The notes under the pieces are model-generated. The model was not told the origin of the DNA and made no database searches. It saw nothing but the letters and a program-made list of their open reading frames with translations. 64,000 nucleotides of DNA from Candidatus Poribacteria bacterium (GTDB lineage Bacteria > Poribacteria > WGA-4E > PCPOR2b), in contig OZ244042.1 in the NCBI GenBank assembly GCA_965215015.1, positions 224,001-288,000 on the forward strand, in the 5' to 3' direction. Both the position numbers and the translations under genes were made by a program. Below, piece after piece: positions 39,146 through 49,287 of the stretch. Within the stretch, counting starts at the first letter, position 1. The number at the start of each line of letters is the position of its first letter.

Positions 39146-40186
39146 TTAATCGAATTCAGCTAATTTAACAGGCCGACCCTCCACCGCCGAGAGGTCTGCG
39201 GCGAAAACAACGCGGTGTGATTCAAACGCCGTGTCGAAATCGGTCAAGGGCATCGGTTCGTCTGTGCCGATGCTGTCAATAAACGCCTGAAACTGGGGCT
39301 CATAGGGGTGATCGCTCACATCCCCCGAATCAATGAGCGAGGTTTCAAGTGTACTCCACCTGCTCTTATCCATGCCCTTCAATTTCGCAGAGTAGATTCG
39401 GTTGTCTAACAGACTGCCTTCGCTGCCGACCAGATGGATGTGGAAGTAGTAGGGCTGGAGGCAGTCCACACAGGAAGTGACCTTCGCAATTTTATTCCCG
39501 CCCTCAAACTTGAGAATCGTGACGCTGGTTGTCTCATATTCATAGGGGACGAAATCCTTCCCCTGCGATTGCGTGTGGTAGCTCGTTACCTCTTCGACCT
39601 TCCCATCCATAAAGAACAGCAGGGCATCAAGGGCATGGCAACCCGCTGTCAATAGACTACTGCCGGCAAAGTCTTTTTTGATGTTCCAACCGTACTGACC
39701 ATACCAAGGTCCAATGCCGTGGTAATAATCCACCTCGCTGTAATGCAGATTGCCAAGTAACCCCTCATCGATAATCGAGCGGATCATCGTGAAGTGTGCG
39801 CTGTAGCGGCATTCAAAGCAGACACATACCCCCACGCCTGCTTTTCGTATTGCATCACGCAGCCGTTTGGCGTCCTCATAGGTCAGGCAGATGGGTTTTT
39901 CGATGATCAGGTGCTTCCCCGCTTCTGCAGCGGCGATGGCCTGATCCGCGTGAAACGGATGGGGTGTGCAGATGTCCACGATATGTATGTCTGGATTTGC
40001 CAGCATCGCCTCATAGTCCGTATAGGCTTTCAGGGGTGTGCCAAATTCCGCTTCCAATGCCGCTTCGTCATGTTCACGTCGGGAGCAGATTGCTGTGACA
40101 TTTCCGCCTTGAACCGTCTTAAAGGTCTCGATGTGTGCCCCGGCAACCCAGCCTAGTCCAACAATACCAACATTCATATCACTCAT
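39146..40186 (-). CDS. Gfo/Idh/MocA family oxidoreductase
   Basis: [28 protein letters not shown]. Confidence 0.93.
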   Translation of the reverse strand: MSDMNVGIVGLGWVAGAHIETFKTVQGGNVTAICSRREHDEAALEAEFGTPLKAYTDYEAMLANPDIHIVDICTPHPFHADQAIAAAEAGKHLIIEKPICLTYEDAKRLRDAIRKAGVGVCVCFECRYSAHFTMIRSIIDEGLLGNLHYSEVDYYHGIGPWYGQYGWNIKKDFAGSSLLTAGCHALDALLFFMDGKVEEVTSYHTQSQGKDFVPYEYETTSVTILKFEGGNKIAKVTSCVDCLQPYYFHIHLVGSEGSLLDNRIYSAKLKGMDKSRWSTLETSLIDSGDVSDHPYEPQFQAFIDSIGTDEPMPLTDFDTAFESHRVVFAADLSAVEGRPVKLAEFD

Positions 40187-40545
40187 TTTTTGCCTCCGAA
40201 TATCCCGGTTTTATTTTTCTTTGTAACATGCTCAACTAACTGTCTATCTAAATAATCTATACTGATTTCAGGTTGATGTCAACACATTTTTTCATGTGGC
40301 GTAACGGTTGGCAATCTGCTATACTTTGTTTTATACATTGCGCGGGCATTGGGGCTATCACCGTGCTATAGACATATCGCTCCTCTGGAGCAAAAGGTAG
40401 CTGCTCGCAGTGAATTGGCAAATCCACTGTAGGTCTGCGGGTATGGCATGGATATGTCTATCCAAGTCAAGCGGGATGGATAAATAACAGCTTAGGTTAT
40501 TATAGCTATTCTGATTTGGGTTGGGGTTGAATGGGAGGATACTTG

Positions 40546-41112
40546 ATGGAGGCGTTGCTGCTCGATTTTCCAGATTCATTTGAGTCAAATCGATTGACCA
40601 TCCGCGCCCCTCGTCCGGGGGATGGTGCTGAAATAAACGCCGCCGTTCAGGAAACCTTCGATGACCTTAAGGTATGGATGCCGTGGGCGCAGCAGATACC
40701 CACTTTGGAGGAATCGGAGAGCTATGTCCGCCGGGCACAGTGTGAATTTTTGGCGCGGGAGGATCTAACACTGCTTCCTTTTCTCAAAGGCACAAACACA
40801 CTCGTTGGTGCCAGCGGCTTGCATCGAATAAACTGGGATATCCCAAAGTTTGAGATTGGCTATTGGTGTCGAAAGCGTTTTCAGGGACAAGGCTACATCA
40901 CCGAGTCGACGGGGGCCATTACCAAATTTGCGTTTGAGACCCTTGGGGCAAAGCGGGTGGAAATTCGTTGTGACTCGAAAAACGTTAGGAGCCGACGTAT
41001 CCCCGACAGGCTTGGATTCAAATTGGAAGGCACATTCCGAAATGACTCGCTTTCGCCAGCCGGGGAATTGCGAGATACACTCGTATTTGCCAAAATAAAG
41101 CGTAACGCGTAA
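40546..41112 (+). CDS. RimJ/RimL-type GNAT acetyltransferase
   Basis: RLTIR, WMPWA, FEIGYW, QGQGY.TE, LGFKLEG; RBS GGAGG before ATG 40546. Confidence 0.9.
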   Translation: MEALLLDFPDSFESNRLTIRAPRPGDGAEINAAVQETFDDLKVWMPWAQQIPTLEESESYVRRAQCEFLAREDLTLLPFLKGTNTLVGASGLHRINWDIPKFEIGYWCRKRFQGQGYITESTGAITKFAFETLGAKRVEIRCDSKNVRSRRIPDRLGFKLEGTFRNDSLSPAGELRDTLVFAKIKRNA

Positions 41113-41163
41113 AGGGCATGGAAAATCGGGAGCATACCAACTCGTATGATTGGAGGAGGCGAT

Positions 41164-41889
41164 ATGCAACTGACCAGAAAACAAATAGAGCAATATAGAA
41201 CCGAAGGGTATACCGTCGTGCGTGGACTGATTTCGCCGGAGGAAGGTTGTCGTGTGCGTGACCGTCTCATGGATCTGTTGGCTGGCGATCACGATTGGCC
41301 CGACACCCATTTTCAGGTACTGGATCCGTCGACATTCCGAAATAATAAGGAGGGTTTCCTTCCGATCGGCGTACAGCGTCCCGCTATGCGGGAGGCGGTT
41401 TTCAAAGAGATAGCTGATCACCCAAACTTGCAGGGCGTGATGGAACAGCTGCTCGGCGGTCTCGTCAAACGCTTTACCGATCAGGCACTGATTAAGCACC
41501 GCGCTGTCAGCGGTCAATCGTTTTTCCACCAAGATTCGTTTTATTGGCATTTGGCACCTGAGCAGGGGTGCAATTCGTGGATTGCGCTCGATGAAGTGGG
41601 GTTGGATCGGTGCGCTTTGGCGATTATGCCCGGCACACACCAATCGTGGACACTAATTGAGCACGAAGGCTACTACGATGAGCCAAGCTATCACAACGCC
41701 CGAAGCGGCGAAGCGTTCAAGCGATGGCGTATTCCGGCAGCGGAGATCGATTTTTCTGGCGAAGTGCTCTTGTCTATGTCGCCGGGGGATGCAGCATTCT
41801 TTACCAATTACACTTGGCACCGCTCCGAGCCTAACAACTCTGGAGTTCATAAGTGCGCCTATGCGATCGCGTATCAGTTAAGTAAATGA
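41164..41889 (+). CDS. PhyH-family dioxygenase
   Basis: YRTEGY, FHQD, WIALD, MPGTH, WHRS. Confidence 0.9.
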   Translation: MQLTRKQIEQYRTEGYTVVRGLISPEEGCRVRDRLMDLLAGDHDWPDTHFQVLDPSTFRNNKEGFLPIGVQRPAMREAVFKEIADHPNLQGVMEQLLGGLVKRFTDQALIKHRAVSGQSFFHQDSFYWHLAPEQGCNSWIALDEVGLDRCALAIMPGTHQSWTLIEHEGYYDEPSYHNARSGEAFKRWRIPAAEIDFSGEVLLSMSPGDAAFFTNYTWHRSEPNNSGVHKCAYAIAYQLSK

Positions 41890-42007
41890 CTGACCCTTGA
41901 CAAAACACAGCTCCTTGACGTGCACGCCACCCCAAGGTATTCAAGGAACTTAGCCGAAGTTGCTAGATTCTGTTGCCATTTGTAGCCGTGTCTTAGTATA
42001 CACACGA

Positions 42008-42149
42008 GTGCCGCTGCCCTCCCAAGGGAATGCTTACCGCATCATGGATTCACGGTTTCATCGAGATTGGAACGCAGAAACGAAACAGGAACCTTCCCTC
42101 ACGAAGGGGAAAACGGGAAGCCGGTTCTCTCGCTTTCCCGTTTTTTTTT
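42008..42149 (+). ncRNA. Candidate small structured RNA or attenuator leader
   Basis: TTGCCA-18nt-TATACA at 41973-42002; pairing 42017-42030 with 42094-42108; ends in a strong terminator. Confidence 0.4.
42110..42149 (+). terminator. Intrinsic terminator
   Basis: AAAACGGGAAGC...GCTTTCCCG followed by T9. Confidence 0.8.
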
Positions 42150-42334
42150 ACGTTCCCCTTCCCCCTGCTAAATACCCGGTGGGTTGTCCGTCAGTTCCTG
42201 GCTCATTGAGCCTAGAACGGTCTGATACCGTGTGGGTATTCGGGACTGAGGGGGGTACGTCCAAGCGTTTTATTCAAAGCCAGTAACTACTATTCCCTTT
42301 TATAATAGATCACGATGAAAGACGGAGGTAAATC

Positions 42335-43438
42335 ATGTTAATCATTGACGGTGACTATCCCATGGCGTATGGTGCGATTGATCTGAATCGAGATCTGACC
42401 TTACCGATTGAGGAGGTCCGAGCGGTTCAAGAGGGATCGCGGGAACAGGACCGGTGGCCCGCCACTGGAACGATGGCTTCGCTTCCGGAGATGCGACGGG
42501 GCAAAATCGCGGCGGCACTGGTTAAAATATCGGGACGGATTCAGCGGGAGAATAGCCCTATTTGGGGATACAGGAGCGGCGATGTCGCTTATGCTGCAGC
42601 ACAAGCGCACCTTGCCTACTATCGAATCTTAGAGCGTAGAGGTGAAGCGCGTATCTTGAGGACCCGCGGAGATTTCAGCGAGCATATACGAACCTGGTCG
42701 GAAGCCGCAACCTATGAGGAGCTGCCAGTTGGTATGGTTCTCGGAATGGAGGGGGCAGATCCCATCCTATGGCCTGAACATGTCCACGAATGGTGGGAGA
42801 GCGGATTGCGCACAATTAACTTGGCGCATTACGGCATCAGCACCTATTCTCACGGAACGGGCAGACCCGGTAGCTTGTTGCCTCCAGCCAAACCGTTGCT
42901 GCGCGAGATGGAGGAGTTGGGGATGATTCTCGATCTCACTCACACAGCCGATGAAGCGTTTTGGCAAGCACTGAATCTATTTTCGGGCCCGGTGATGGCA
43001 AGTCACCAGAACTGCCGCGCGTTGGCAGCCGGCGAGCGACAGTTTTCCGATGAACAACTCAAAGCCCTCCTCGAGCGCGGCGGTGTTATCGGTGCATCAA
43101 TGGATACGTGGATGATTTACGCAGAAGGGGGTATCGATTGGGGTGGAGATATTCCACCACGTCGCAGCCTTTTCCCGAGAGAGGCGATTACGCTGGAGCA
43201 TCTGGTGGATCATATGGACCACGTCTGTCAGTTGGCAGGCAACTCACAGCATACCGCCATCGGTGGGGATACGGACGGCCAGGGGGGCAAAGACGGTGCC
43301 CCGTACGAAATCGACACGGTGGCGGATTATCAGAGAATTGCCAGCATCCTTGATAAGCGTGGCTATACTGAAGCGGATATCGCCAACGTGATGTACCGCA
43401 ATTGGCAGCGGTTTTATGAGCAGTGGTTGCCAGCGTAA
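42335..43438 (+). CDS. Peptidase M19 (membrane dipeptidase) family
   Basis: GMEGAD, DLTH, ASHQNCR, DHMDH, IGGDTDG. Confidence 0.88.
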   Translation: MLIIDGDYPMAYGAIDLNRDLTLPIEEVRAVQEGSREQDRWPATGTMASLPEMRRGKIAAALVKISGRIQRENSPIWGYRSGDVAYAAAQAHLAYYRILERRGEARILRTRGDFSEHIRTWSEAATYEELPVGMVLGMEGADPILWPEHVHEWWESGLRTINLAHYGISTYSHGTGRPGSLLPPAKPLLREMEELGMILDLTHTADEAFWQALNLFSGPVMASHQNCRALAAGERQFSDEQLKALLERGGVIGASMDTWMIYAEGGIDWGGDIPPRRSLFPREAITLEHLVDHMDHVCQLAGNSQHTAIGGDTDGQGGKDGAPYEIDTVADYQRIASILDKRGYTEADIANVMYRNWQRFYEQWLPA

Positions 43439-43537
43439 GAGGATTTACTTAAAGTTGACCGACATTTCAGAATAGTGCGGCTAGTTGGGCGAAAACGAAC
43501 CAGTTAACCTGACAAATCGAATGAAGGGAGCCAACGG

Positions 43538-44038
43538 ATGCGTACATTACCGTGTTTCTCCATTGAAGAAATGACATCCGATCACCCAGAGTGGCAGGAA
43601 CTGGCCGATGTTATCACGCAAGAAAACCAAGCAGGCTGGGCATTTAATCCGTATTTTGAACAGTTCGCACGTTACTTCTTAGCTGCCAAACAGGATGGAG
43701 ATATCGTTGGGTTCCTCATGTTTGTAGTTTGGGACATTGGCCCCAACGACCGCGACCATCCCCCTGTTGAGATGCACGGAAAGAGGCTGCGAGAAGCAAA
43801 GATTATTGCATTTGGCGTGAAGAAAGCCCATCGGCGGCGAGGTATTGGTCGAGCCCTTCAAGAGTATACACTGAAACGAGCGAAGGAGCTTGATTGTTAC
43901 CAAGTTCGATCCGTCACCGACATGGATCACCCAGAAAATCACCAACTCAAATTATCTATGGGGTTTGCCGTAGAGCCAATGGAACGCGAGGAGCCGAGCT
44001 TGGCATTTATCATGCCGCTGAATCGGATTGAAAAATGA
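43538..44038 (+). CDS. GNAT family acetyltransferase
   Basis: V...HRRRGIGRAL motif A, MGF. Confidence 0.88.
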   Translation: MRTLPCFSIEEMTSDHPEWQELADVITQENQAGWAFNPYFEQFARYFLAAKQDGDIVGFLMFVVWDIGPNDRDHPPVEMHGKRLREAKIIAFGVKKAHRRRGIGRALQEYTLKRAKELDCYQVRSVTDMDHPENHQLKLSMGFAVEPMEREEPSLAFIMPLNRIEK

Positions 44039-44449
44039 TTTCCACTGCTGTTACAGCACAACAACTCGATCAAGAGCTAGGTTCCGTTGACATTTGGGCG
44101 TCGAGATATGAATCTCGACCGACTGGCTCTCTGCCGGTATTAGATCGGGTGAGAAGATCGGGCAAGATGCTCGACCTACAGGCGTGGTGTTGAGTGGCAC
44201 GTTCCGGTCCCGGCCTCTTCAATCCCGAAAGACCTACCAGACCGTGAATCCACCGTTCGGTAAACATCAGAACAACGCAACGGAATCGGGAGTGAGCGTT
44301 CAATCCAACTCCGTTCCGAGAGTCTTTGACCTGCGGACTGTCAAATGTCAACACGCCCTAATTACCAACAATCGATCATTCAAGTATCTGCATTTATGAA
44401 AACTGCGTGGCAAAAATAGCCCTCTTTTTAGAAAAGGAGCACCAAACCA

Positions 44450-45919
44450 ATGAGAGTCATTACCGGCGCAATCGGTCATGAGACCAGTACCTTTACTACC
44501 GTCGCCACTACTTGGGCGAGCTACCGTGATCAGCGATTCGGCTATCTGATTGGAGACGAAATCATCGACAAGTTTCGCGGCAGCAACACGACCACCGGTG
44601 GATACATTGCAGGGGCGGAAGCGCACGAATTTGAGCTTATCCCCACGATATACGCCAACGCGCATCCGAGTGGACCGACACCACGAGACATCTTCGATGC
44701 CATCTTGAAGGATATGCTAGATCGAATCGCTGAAGCGGGACCCATTGATGGGGTCCTCCTTGATCTACACGGTGCAATGGTGGCAGAGGGGGTTGACGAC
44801 GGTGAGGGGCATATTCTGGCAGCTGTGCGAGAATTGGTTGGACCACAGGTGCCTATCTTGGCGGAGCTGGACATCCATTCCAACGTTTCCCGTCGCATGG
44901 TCGAGAGGGCGGATGTGTTGATTGGCAGGGAGACTTACCCGGAGATTGATCAGGCAGAACGCGCCCGCGAATGCGCGGATGTTCTGGTTCGGATCCACCG
45001 GGAGGGGCTGCGCCCTACTATGGCACTGCACCAAATTCCGATGGCCTGGGGATTGAATCAGGTCACGGCGCACTCGCCGATGCGGGAGGCCATCACTAAA
45101 TTGCATAGAATTGAGGCGCAACCGGGCGTGATTTGCGGTTCGATTGCGACCTGTTATCCGTTGGCTGATATTCCCGACATGGGTGCGTCGGTTTATATTG
45201 TCACCGACAATGACCTGGATTTGGCACAGGGGTACGCGGATGAACTGGCGGCATGGATTTGGGAACGCCGAGCGGATTGGCACGCACCAATGCCACCGAC
45301 CCATCAAGCACTAGCGCAAGCAACAGCAGCAGGGAAATTTCCAGTGATTTTTGCTGACCGAAATGACAACACCGGCGGTGGTTCGCCGGGAGATAGTACC
45401 GGCATGTTGCAGACATTCATTGAAGCAGGGCTAGAGGAGGCATGTATCCTGTACATCGTCGATCCGGAAGCAGTACACGCTTGCCAAGAGGCAGGTATGG
45501 GAGCGACGCTGACCTTAGATGTGGGGGCGAAATCAACACCCCTTCAGGGGCAACCGATACGCATGAGGGCAGAGGTCATCGCGCTTTCAGATGGCGGCTT
45601 TCGTTACGATGGACCGCGGAATGCCGGGTTGGAGAGCAGCATGGGGCCCTCGGCATATATCCGACAGGGCGGAATTCATGTGCTGCTGGTGACGGAGCGG
45701 GAGCAGCCCTTCGACACCGCTTTTTCACGAACTATGGGTTTAGACCCACGCCAGATGCGTTACATCGGGGTCAAATCGACAGTACATTTTCGGGCAGGCT
45801 TTGAGTCGTGGGCAGGGGCAATTCACGCAGTATCGGAGCCGAGTGTGCATGATCCGGTGGGGAAAGAGTTGCCGTTCCACAATCTGGGGCGGAAGTTGTA
45901 TCCATTTGATGACATTTAG
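44450..45919 (+). CDS. MlrC/M81 family metallopeptidase
   Basis: HETSTF, LDLHGAMV, DGEG, LDIHSN, DNTGGG, VKS.VHFRA. Confidence 0.92.
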   Translation: MRVITGAIGHETSTFTTVATTWASYRDQRFGYLIGDEIIDKFRGSNTTTGGYIAGAEAHEFELIPTIYANAHPSGPTPRDIFDAILKDMLDRIAEAGPIDGVLLDLHGAMVAEGVDDGEGHILAAVRELVGPQVPILAELDIHSNVSRRMVERADVLIGRETYPEIDQAERARECADVLVRIHREGLRPTMALHQIPMAWGLNQVTAHSPMREAITKLHRIEAQPGVICGSIATCYPLADIPDMGASVYIVTDNDLDLAQGYADELAAWIWERRADWHAPMPPTHQALAQATAAGKFPVIFADRNDNTGGGSPGDSTGMLQTFIEAGLEEACILYIVDPEAVHACQEAGMGATLTLDVGAKSTPLQGQPIRMRAEVIALSDGGFRYDGPRNAGLESSMGPSAYIRQGGIHVLLVTEREQPFDTAFSRTMGLDPRQMRYIGVKSTVHFRAGFESWAGAIHAVSEPSVHDPVGKELPFHNLGRKLYPFDDI

Positions 45920-45924
45920 AAAAA

Positions 45925-46015
45925 AGCGCATGTCAAAAGAAAGTGCAAAACGCCCGGAGAAACCGAGTTTTTGCCAAAAACTTGGTTTCTATTACACGAT
46001 TTCTTAACATGAACC
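45925..46015. mobile_element. MITE-like element, family A copy 2
   Basis: AGCGCATGTCAAAAGAAAGTGCAA ... TTACACGATTTCTTAACATGAACC with internal hairpin GAAACCGAGTTTTT/AAAAACTTGGTTTC. Confidence 0.75.
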
Positions 46016-46693
46016 TCACGCTTTATACGAAGCCGAATCCATCTGATAGATGGCACGATAAATCCTCCGTCCTTCCGCCCGATACTTCATCTCAAAACTG
46101 GTTGGGATATGCTCTATCTCAAGCGAGTCGGGGCGGAGGTAGACCAGCGGTGGCGTATGCGTTAGACAGTCGTGGATCTCATAGAAATACTCGGCATAGT
46201 CAGTAGCGACGTGGATACGTCCTCTACTCGAATTTAATGTCCGAATCAACCCGCGTAGCCAGACCTCATTTCTAAAGAGCCGACGCTTGTGATGCCGTTT
46301 CTTGGGCCAAGGGTCTGGGAAGTAGACGTGATACGCTTCGACGGTGCCTTCGCCAATGTAGCGATCAACCAGGTAAGCAGCATCGCTCCAAATAAGAAAA
46401 ACCCCCGTAGCGTTTCCTTTCAGCAACCGCTCCTTTGCCCGTTGAACATATTTCGGTGCTCGCTCGACGCCGATATAGTTGATCTCTGGATGTTGCCTTG
46501 AGGTTTCAAGCAGGAAGCGTCCCTTACCGCATCCGATCTCTATTTCGACGGGATTCGCGTTTCCGAAGAGAGCCTCCCAATCAATCGGGGGGGTGATCTC
46601 GGTCAGACTAGTCTGCTTATCTTCCATGGGATTGATTAAGGCAGATCGGCCCGCCATGAGTTCAAAGAATTGTCCATAGCGTGATTCGTTCAT
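46016..46693 (-). CDS. trmB: tRNA (guanine-N7)-methyltransferase
   Basis: EIGCGKG, YFPDPWPKKRHHKRRL, ATD, TSFE.KY; start 46693 or 46627 (ORF-track extension to 47188 overlaps the next gene). Confidence 0.92.
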   Translation of the reverse strand: MNESRYGQFFELMAGRSALINPMEDKQTSLTEITPPIDWEALFGNANPVEIEIGCGKGRFLLETSRQHPEINYIGVERAPKYVQRAKERLLKGNATGVFLIWSDAAYLVDRYIGEGTVEAYHVYFPDPWPKKRHHKRRLFRNEVWLRGLIRTLNSSRGRIHVATDYAEYFYEIHDCLTHTPPLVYLRPDSLEIEHIPTSFEMKYRAEGRRIYRAIYQMDSASYKA

Positions 46694-46697
46694 ACAT

Positions 46698-47504
46698 TTA
46701 GCCGAAGGCTCCCTTTTTATGTCTCCCCAAAAGTCTTTGCAACCGTTCGTCTGCACCCTCAAAGACACCTTCAGGCATCCGGTAGTCAATGAACGGGTAG
46801 AGCCGTTGCGCGATGATCCGCTGGCTGTATGTGACCGCTGCAACGTACCGAATCTGATTTCGATTGTTGGGAGTCCCGCGATGCCAAACTTGGCTATTGA
46901 ACATATAGGCACCGCCCGCCTTCGTGAAGAAACTGACGGGACCCTTCCCTTCAAAGGTTGGATTTTCTGCAGCGGGTGGTTTACGTCCTGAATAATGGCT
47001 GCCGGGAACGACCTGCGTCGGACCATCGTCCACTGTTTCAATGTCGATGAGCGGGATGAGCACATTGATAACAAAGCAGGGCAGTGTGATGCGAGGGTCA
47101 TGTCGAGGCACATCGTCCGGCAGCGGAAAATGGAGCCTATCGTCGCTATGCCACCCACCTCCCTGTCCGGGGGCATAACGTAAGGCATTTTGGGACATCA
47201 TGTGACAGTCATCGCCCAGAATTGCCTCGGCGAGGCCGACATAAGGCTCTCGCACGATAAGATCTCGGAAAGCTCTGTCATATTCAAACATGCGCATCAT
47301 GCTGATGCCGCGAATGTGGTCGCCCGCCTCATCCTGCATGCGTGGGTCATTATATTTTTGATCCATTAACGCTTTAAGCATGGCTGCTTCTTCTGAAGTG
47401 AACACCTCGCCGAAGAAATAGTATCCATCACGGTTGAACTGTTCGACGGCCCGTTGCGTTTCATCTTTAGAAAACGGTTTGCCCCGCTGGATTTCGATGG
47501 TCAT
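46698..47504 (-). CDS. PhyH-family dioxygenase
   Basis: FNRDGY, WHSD, GPTQVVPGSH, VWHRG; RBS AAGGAG before ATG 47504. Confidence 0.9.
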   Translation of the reverse strand: MTIEIQRGKPFSKDETQRAVEQFNRDGYYFFGEVFTSEEAAMLKALMDQKYNDPRMQDEAGDHIRGISMMRMFEYDRAFRDLIVREPYVGLAEAILGDDCHMMSQNALRYAPGQGGGWHSDDRLHFPLPDDVPRHDPRITLPCFVINVLIPLIDIETVDDGPTQVVPGSHYSGRKPPAAENPTFEGKGPVSFFTKAGGAYMFNSQVWHRGTPNNRNQIRYVAAVTYSQRIIAQRLYPFIDYRMPEGVFEGADERLQRLLGRHKKGAFG

Positions 47505-47720
47505 TGCTTCTCTCCTTAACATGATAACAAGACTTTGTAAAACGGCGATATCGTGAAGAAATTCGCCAAACTTTCGCCTCTTAGGTCCATCTATCCCCTC
47601 ATCTGCTTGACTGCAAACTACCCTATTGACAGGTTTTTTCAGATCGGCTAAAATTTTCACTGCAGATAACTTGATAATTTAGTCTGCCTTGAATGCCGAA
47701 AGGAGAACGGGTTACAGTAT

Positions 47721-48059
47721 ATGCGGTTAGAACCTCAAATAACAGTTAGGCACGTTGGAGAAGTCTCGATTTTTGACATCATTGGTTATTTTACGGAAGA
47801 TTCAGCAGAAGCGATGAACGCGGCTTATGATCAAAGTGGCGGATCGGCAAAAATTCTGCTTCACTTTGATCAGCACAGCTTTATCACCAGCAGCGGGTTT
47901 GGCATCATCGTCAAGCTCATTTGGCAAACGCGCAGGAAAGGGCAAATCCTACGTATCGCCCATCCATCAGATCAGATGCGGCAGATTTTCGATGTAATTG
48001 GTCTATCCCAAAGTATGAAAATCTTTGCTTCAGCGGAAACAGCGTTAGCGGATTTCTAA
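47721..48059 (+). CDS. STAS-domain anti-sigma factor antagonist
   Basis: FITSSGFGII, IFDVIGL, 112 aa. Confidence 0.85.
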   Translation: MRLEPQITVRHVGEVSIFDIIGYFTEDSAEAMNAAYDQSGGSAKILLHFDQHSFITSSGFGIIVKLIWQTRRKGQILRIAHPSDQMRQIFDVIGLSQSMKIFASAETALADF

Positions 48060-48199
48060 CGGGGATTAGCTATAGCCTGTTGTCAACTTTGTCTTGATGA
48101 ATATCATTGTTTACTGAACAAATCTATTCAAGAATCCGAGAAACCTGCTGATCAACTGTTGGCTTTTCACACCATACAAGACACAATCTAATCACTTCT

Positions 48200-49255
48200 A
48201 TGCGAGCTATTCTCTTGAGTGACGGAAAGCCCGGCCATTATAACCAATCTTTAGGTCTAATTGAGCGGATGCCGGAGTGCGAATATCACTGGATTGACGT
48301 AAAGTTTCGCAGTAAGCGGCGAGATCATCTGATACGGGTATTAATGCGTATATTGGGACGGTTCAGATTGTCGCGCCAGTTTATCAAGACATGCTTGTGC
48401 ATGGCACTCCAGCAGAACACATTGGATGAAATCTGTGCCGTTGCACCTGATTTTATCCTCTCAACCGGTTCCTCTGTCGCTGCGCCTAACTTGCTCATCG
48501 GACAACTCCTTGACGCAAAAACAGTTACCTGCCGCCGTCCTTCGCCCGTCGGTTTTCATCACTTTGATCTTGCTGTCCTTCCCCGAATGTATTGGCCCCG
48601 CCTCGACAAACGCAACGTTTGCAAAACGCTCGGTGTTCCAAATCGGGTGCGTCCAGAAAAACTGGAGATGCGCCGCAAGGAGCTACAAATAGATTTAGAT
48701 TTGTCAGATCAGAAACGCGTTGGGGTTCTGATTGGCGGCGAAGATCGATACGATACGATCACGGAGATGACCGCCGCGCGCCTCCTCGAAGTCCTGCAAC
48801 GGTTTGCGACGAAATGGGATAGTCAACTCTTGTTGACAACCTCGCGTCGAACCCCACTCCCCGTTGAAAATCTAATTGGCAAACAATTTTCAAACACCCA
48901 ATACTGTCCAATTCTTGTTTTGGCACATGGTGAAAATTCAATCACGGATCCGATCGATACAATTTTTGCCCTGTCGGACCTGATTGTCGTTACGGAAGAC
49001 AGTTTTTCGATGGTATGCGAAGCTGCGAGCAGCGGTAAACGGGTGATTATTTTGGAGGTCGATCACAAAACCCGACGGCGTCCCAAACGGCACAAAGCGT
49101 ATTCAGAGATGATGCGTCATGCCTCAGTGATACGGTCTGGCATTGAGGATCTGGAGACGAGCCTTGAAGCTGCCTTGGCAGATGAAAATCCCGTCACACC
49201 GTTACAGGACACCCAGGCTGCTGCAGCAGCGGTCAGGCAGCTTTTCAAGGATTAG
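48200..49255 (+). CDS. ELM1/GtrOC1-family glycosyltransferase-like protein
   Basis: SDGKPGH.NQ, LIGG, TTSRRTP, VTEDS.SM..EA. Confidence 0.88.
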   Translation: MRAILLSDGKPGHYNQSLGLIERMPECEYHWIDVKFRSKRRDHLIRVLMRILGRFRLSRQFIKTCLCMALQQNTLDEICAVAPDFILSTGSSVAAPNLLIGQLLDAKTVTCRRPSPVGFHHFDLAVLPRMYWPRLDKRNVCKTLGVPNRVRPEKLEMRRKELQIDLDLSDQKRVGVLIGGEDRYDTITEMTAARLLEVLQRFATKWDSQLLLTTSRRTPLPVENLIGKQFSNTQYCPILVLAHGENSITDPIDTIFALSDLIVVTEDSFSMVCEAASSGKRVIILEVDHKTRRRPKRHKAYSEMMRHASVIRSGIEDLETSLEAALADENPVTPLQDTQAAAAAVRQLFKD

Positions 49256-49287
49256 ACTGCTCCGGACTTCCGTTTGACGCAGAATTC

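Noticed and set aside
40765-41643. 292-aa antisense ORF and similar shadow ORFs (1727-2344, 23677-24288, 44765-45307)
   Set aside because: Lie opposite well-supported genes and show no motifs.
42040-42110. c-di-GMP-I, T-box, cobalamin riboswitch or 6S identity for the candidate RNA
   Set aside because: Only fragmentary resemblance; diagnostic motifs absent, so left unassigned.
46694-47188. Long N-terminal extension of trmB in the ORF track
   Set aside because: Overlaps the PhyH gene in another frame of the same strand and has no TrmB similarity.
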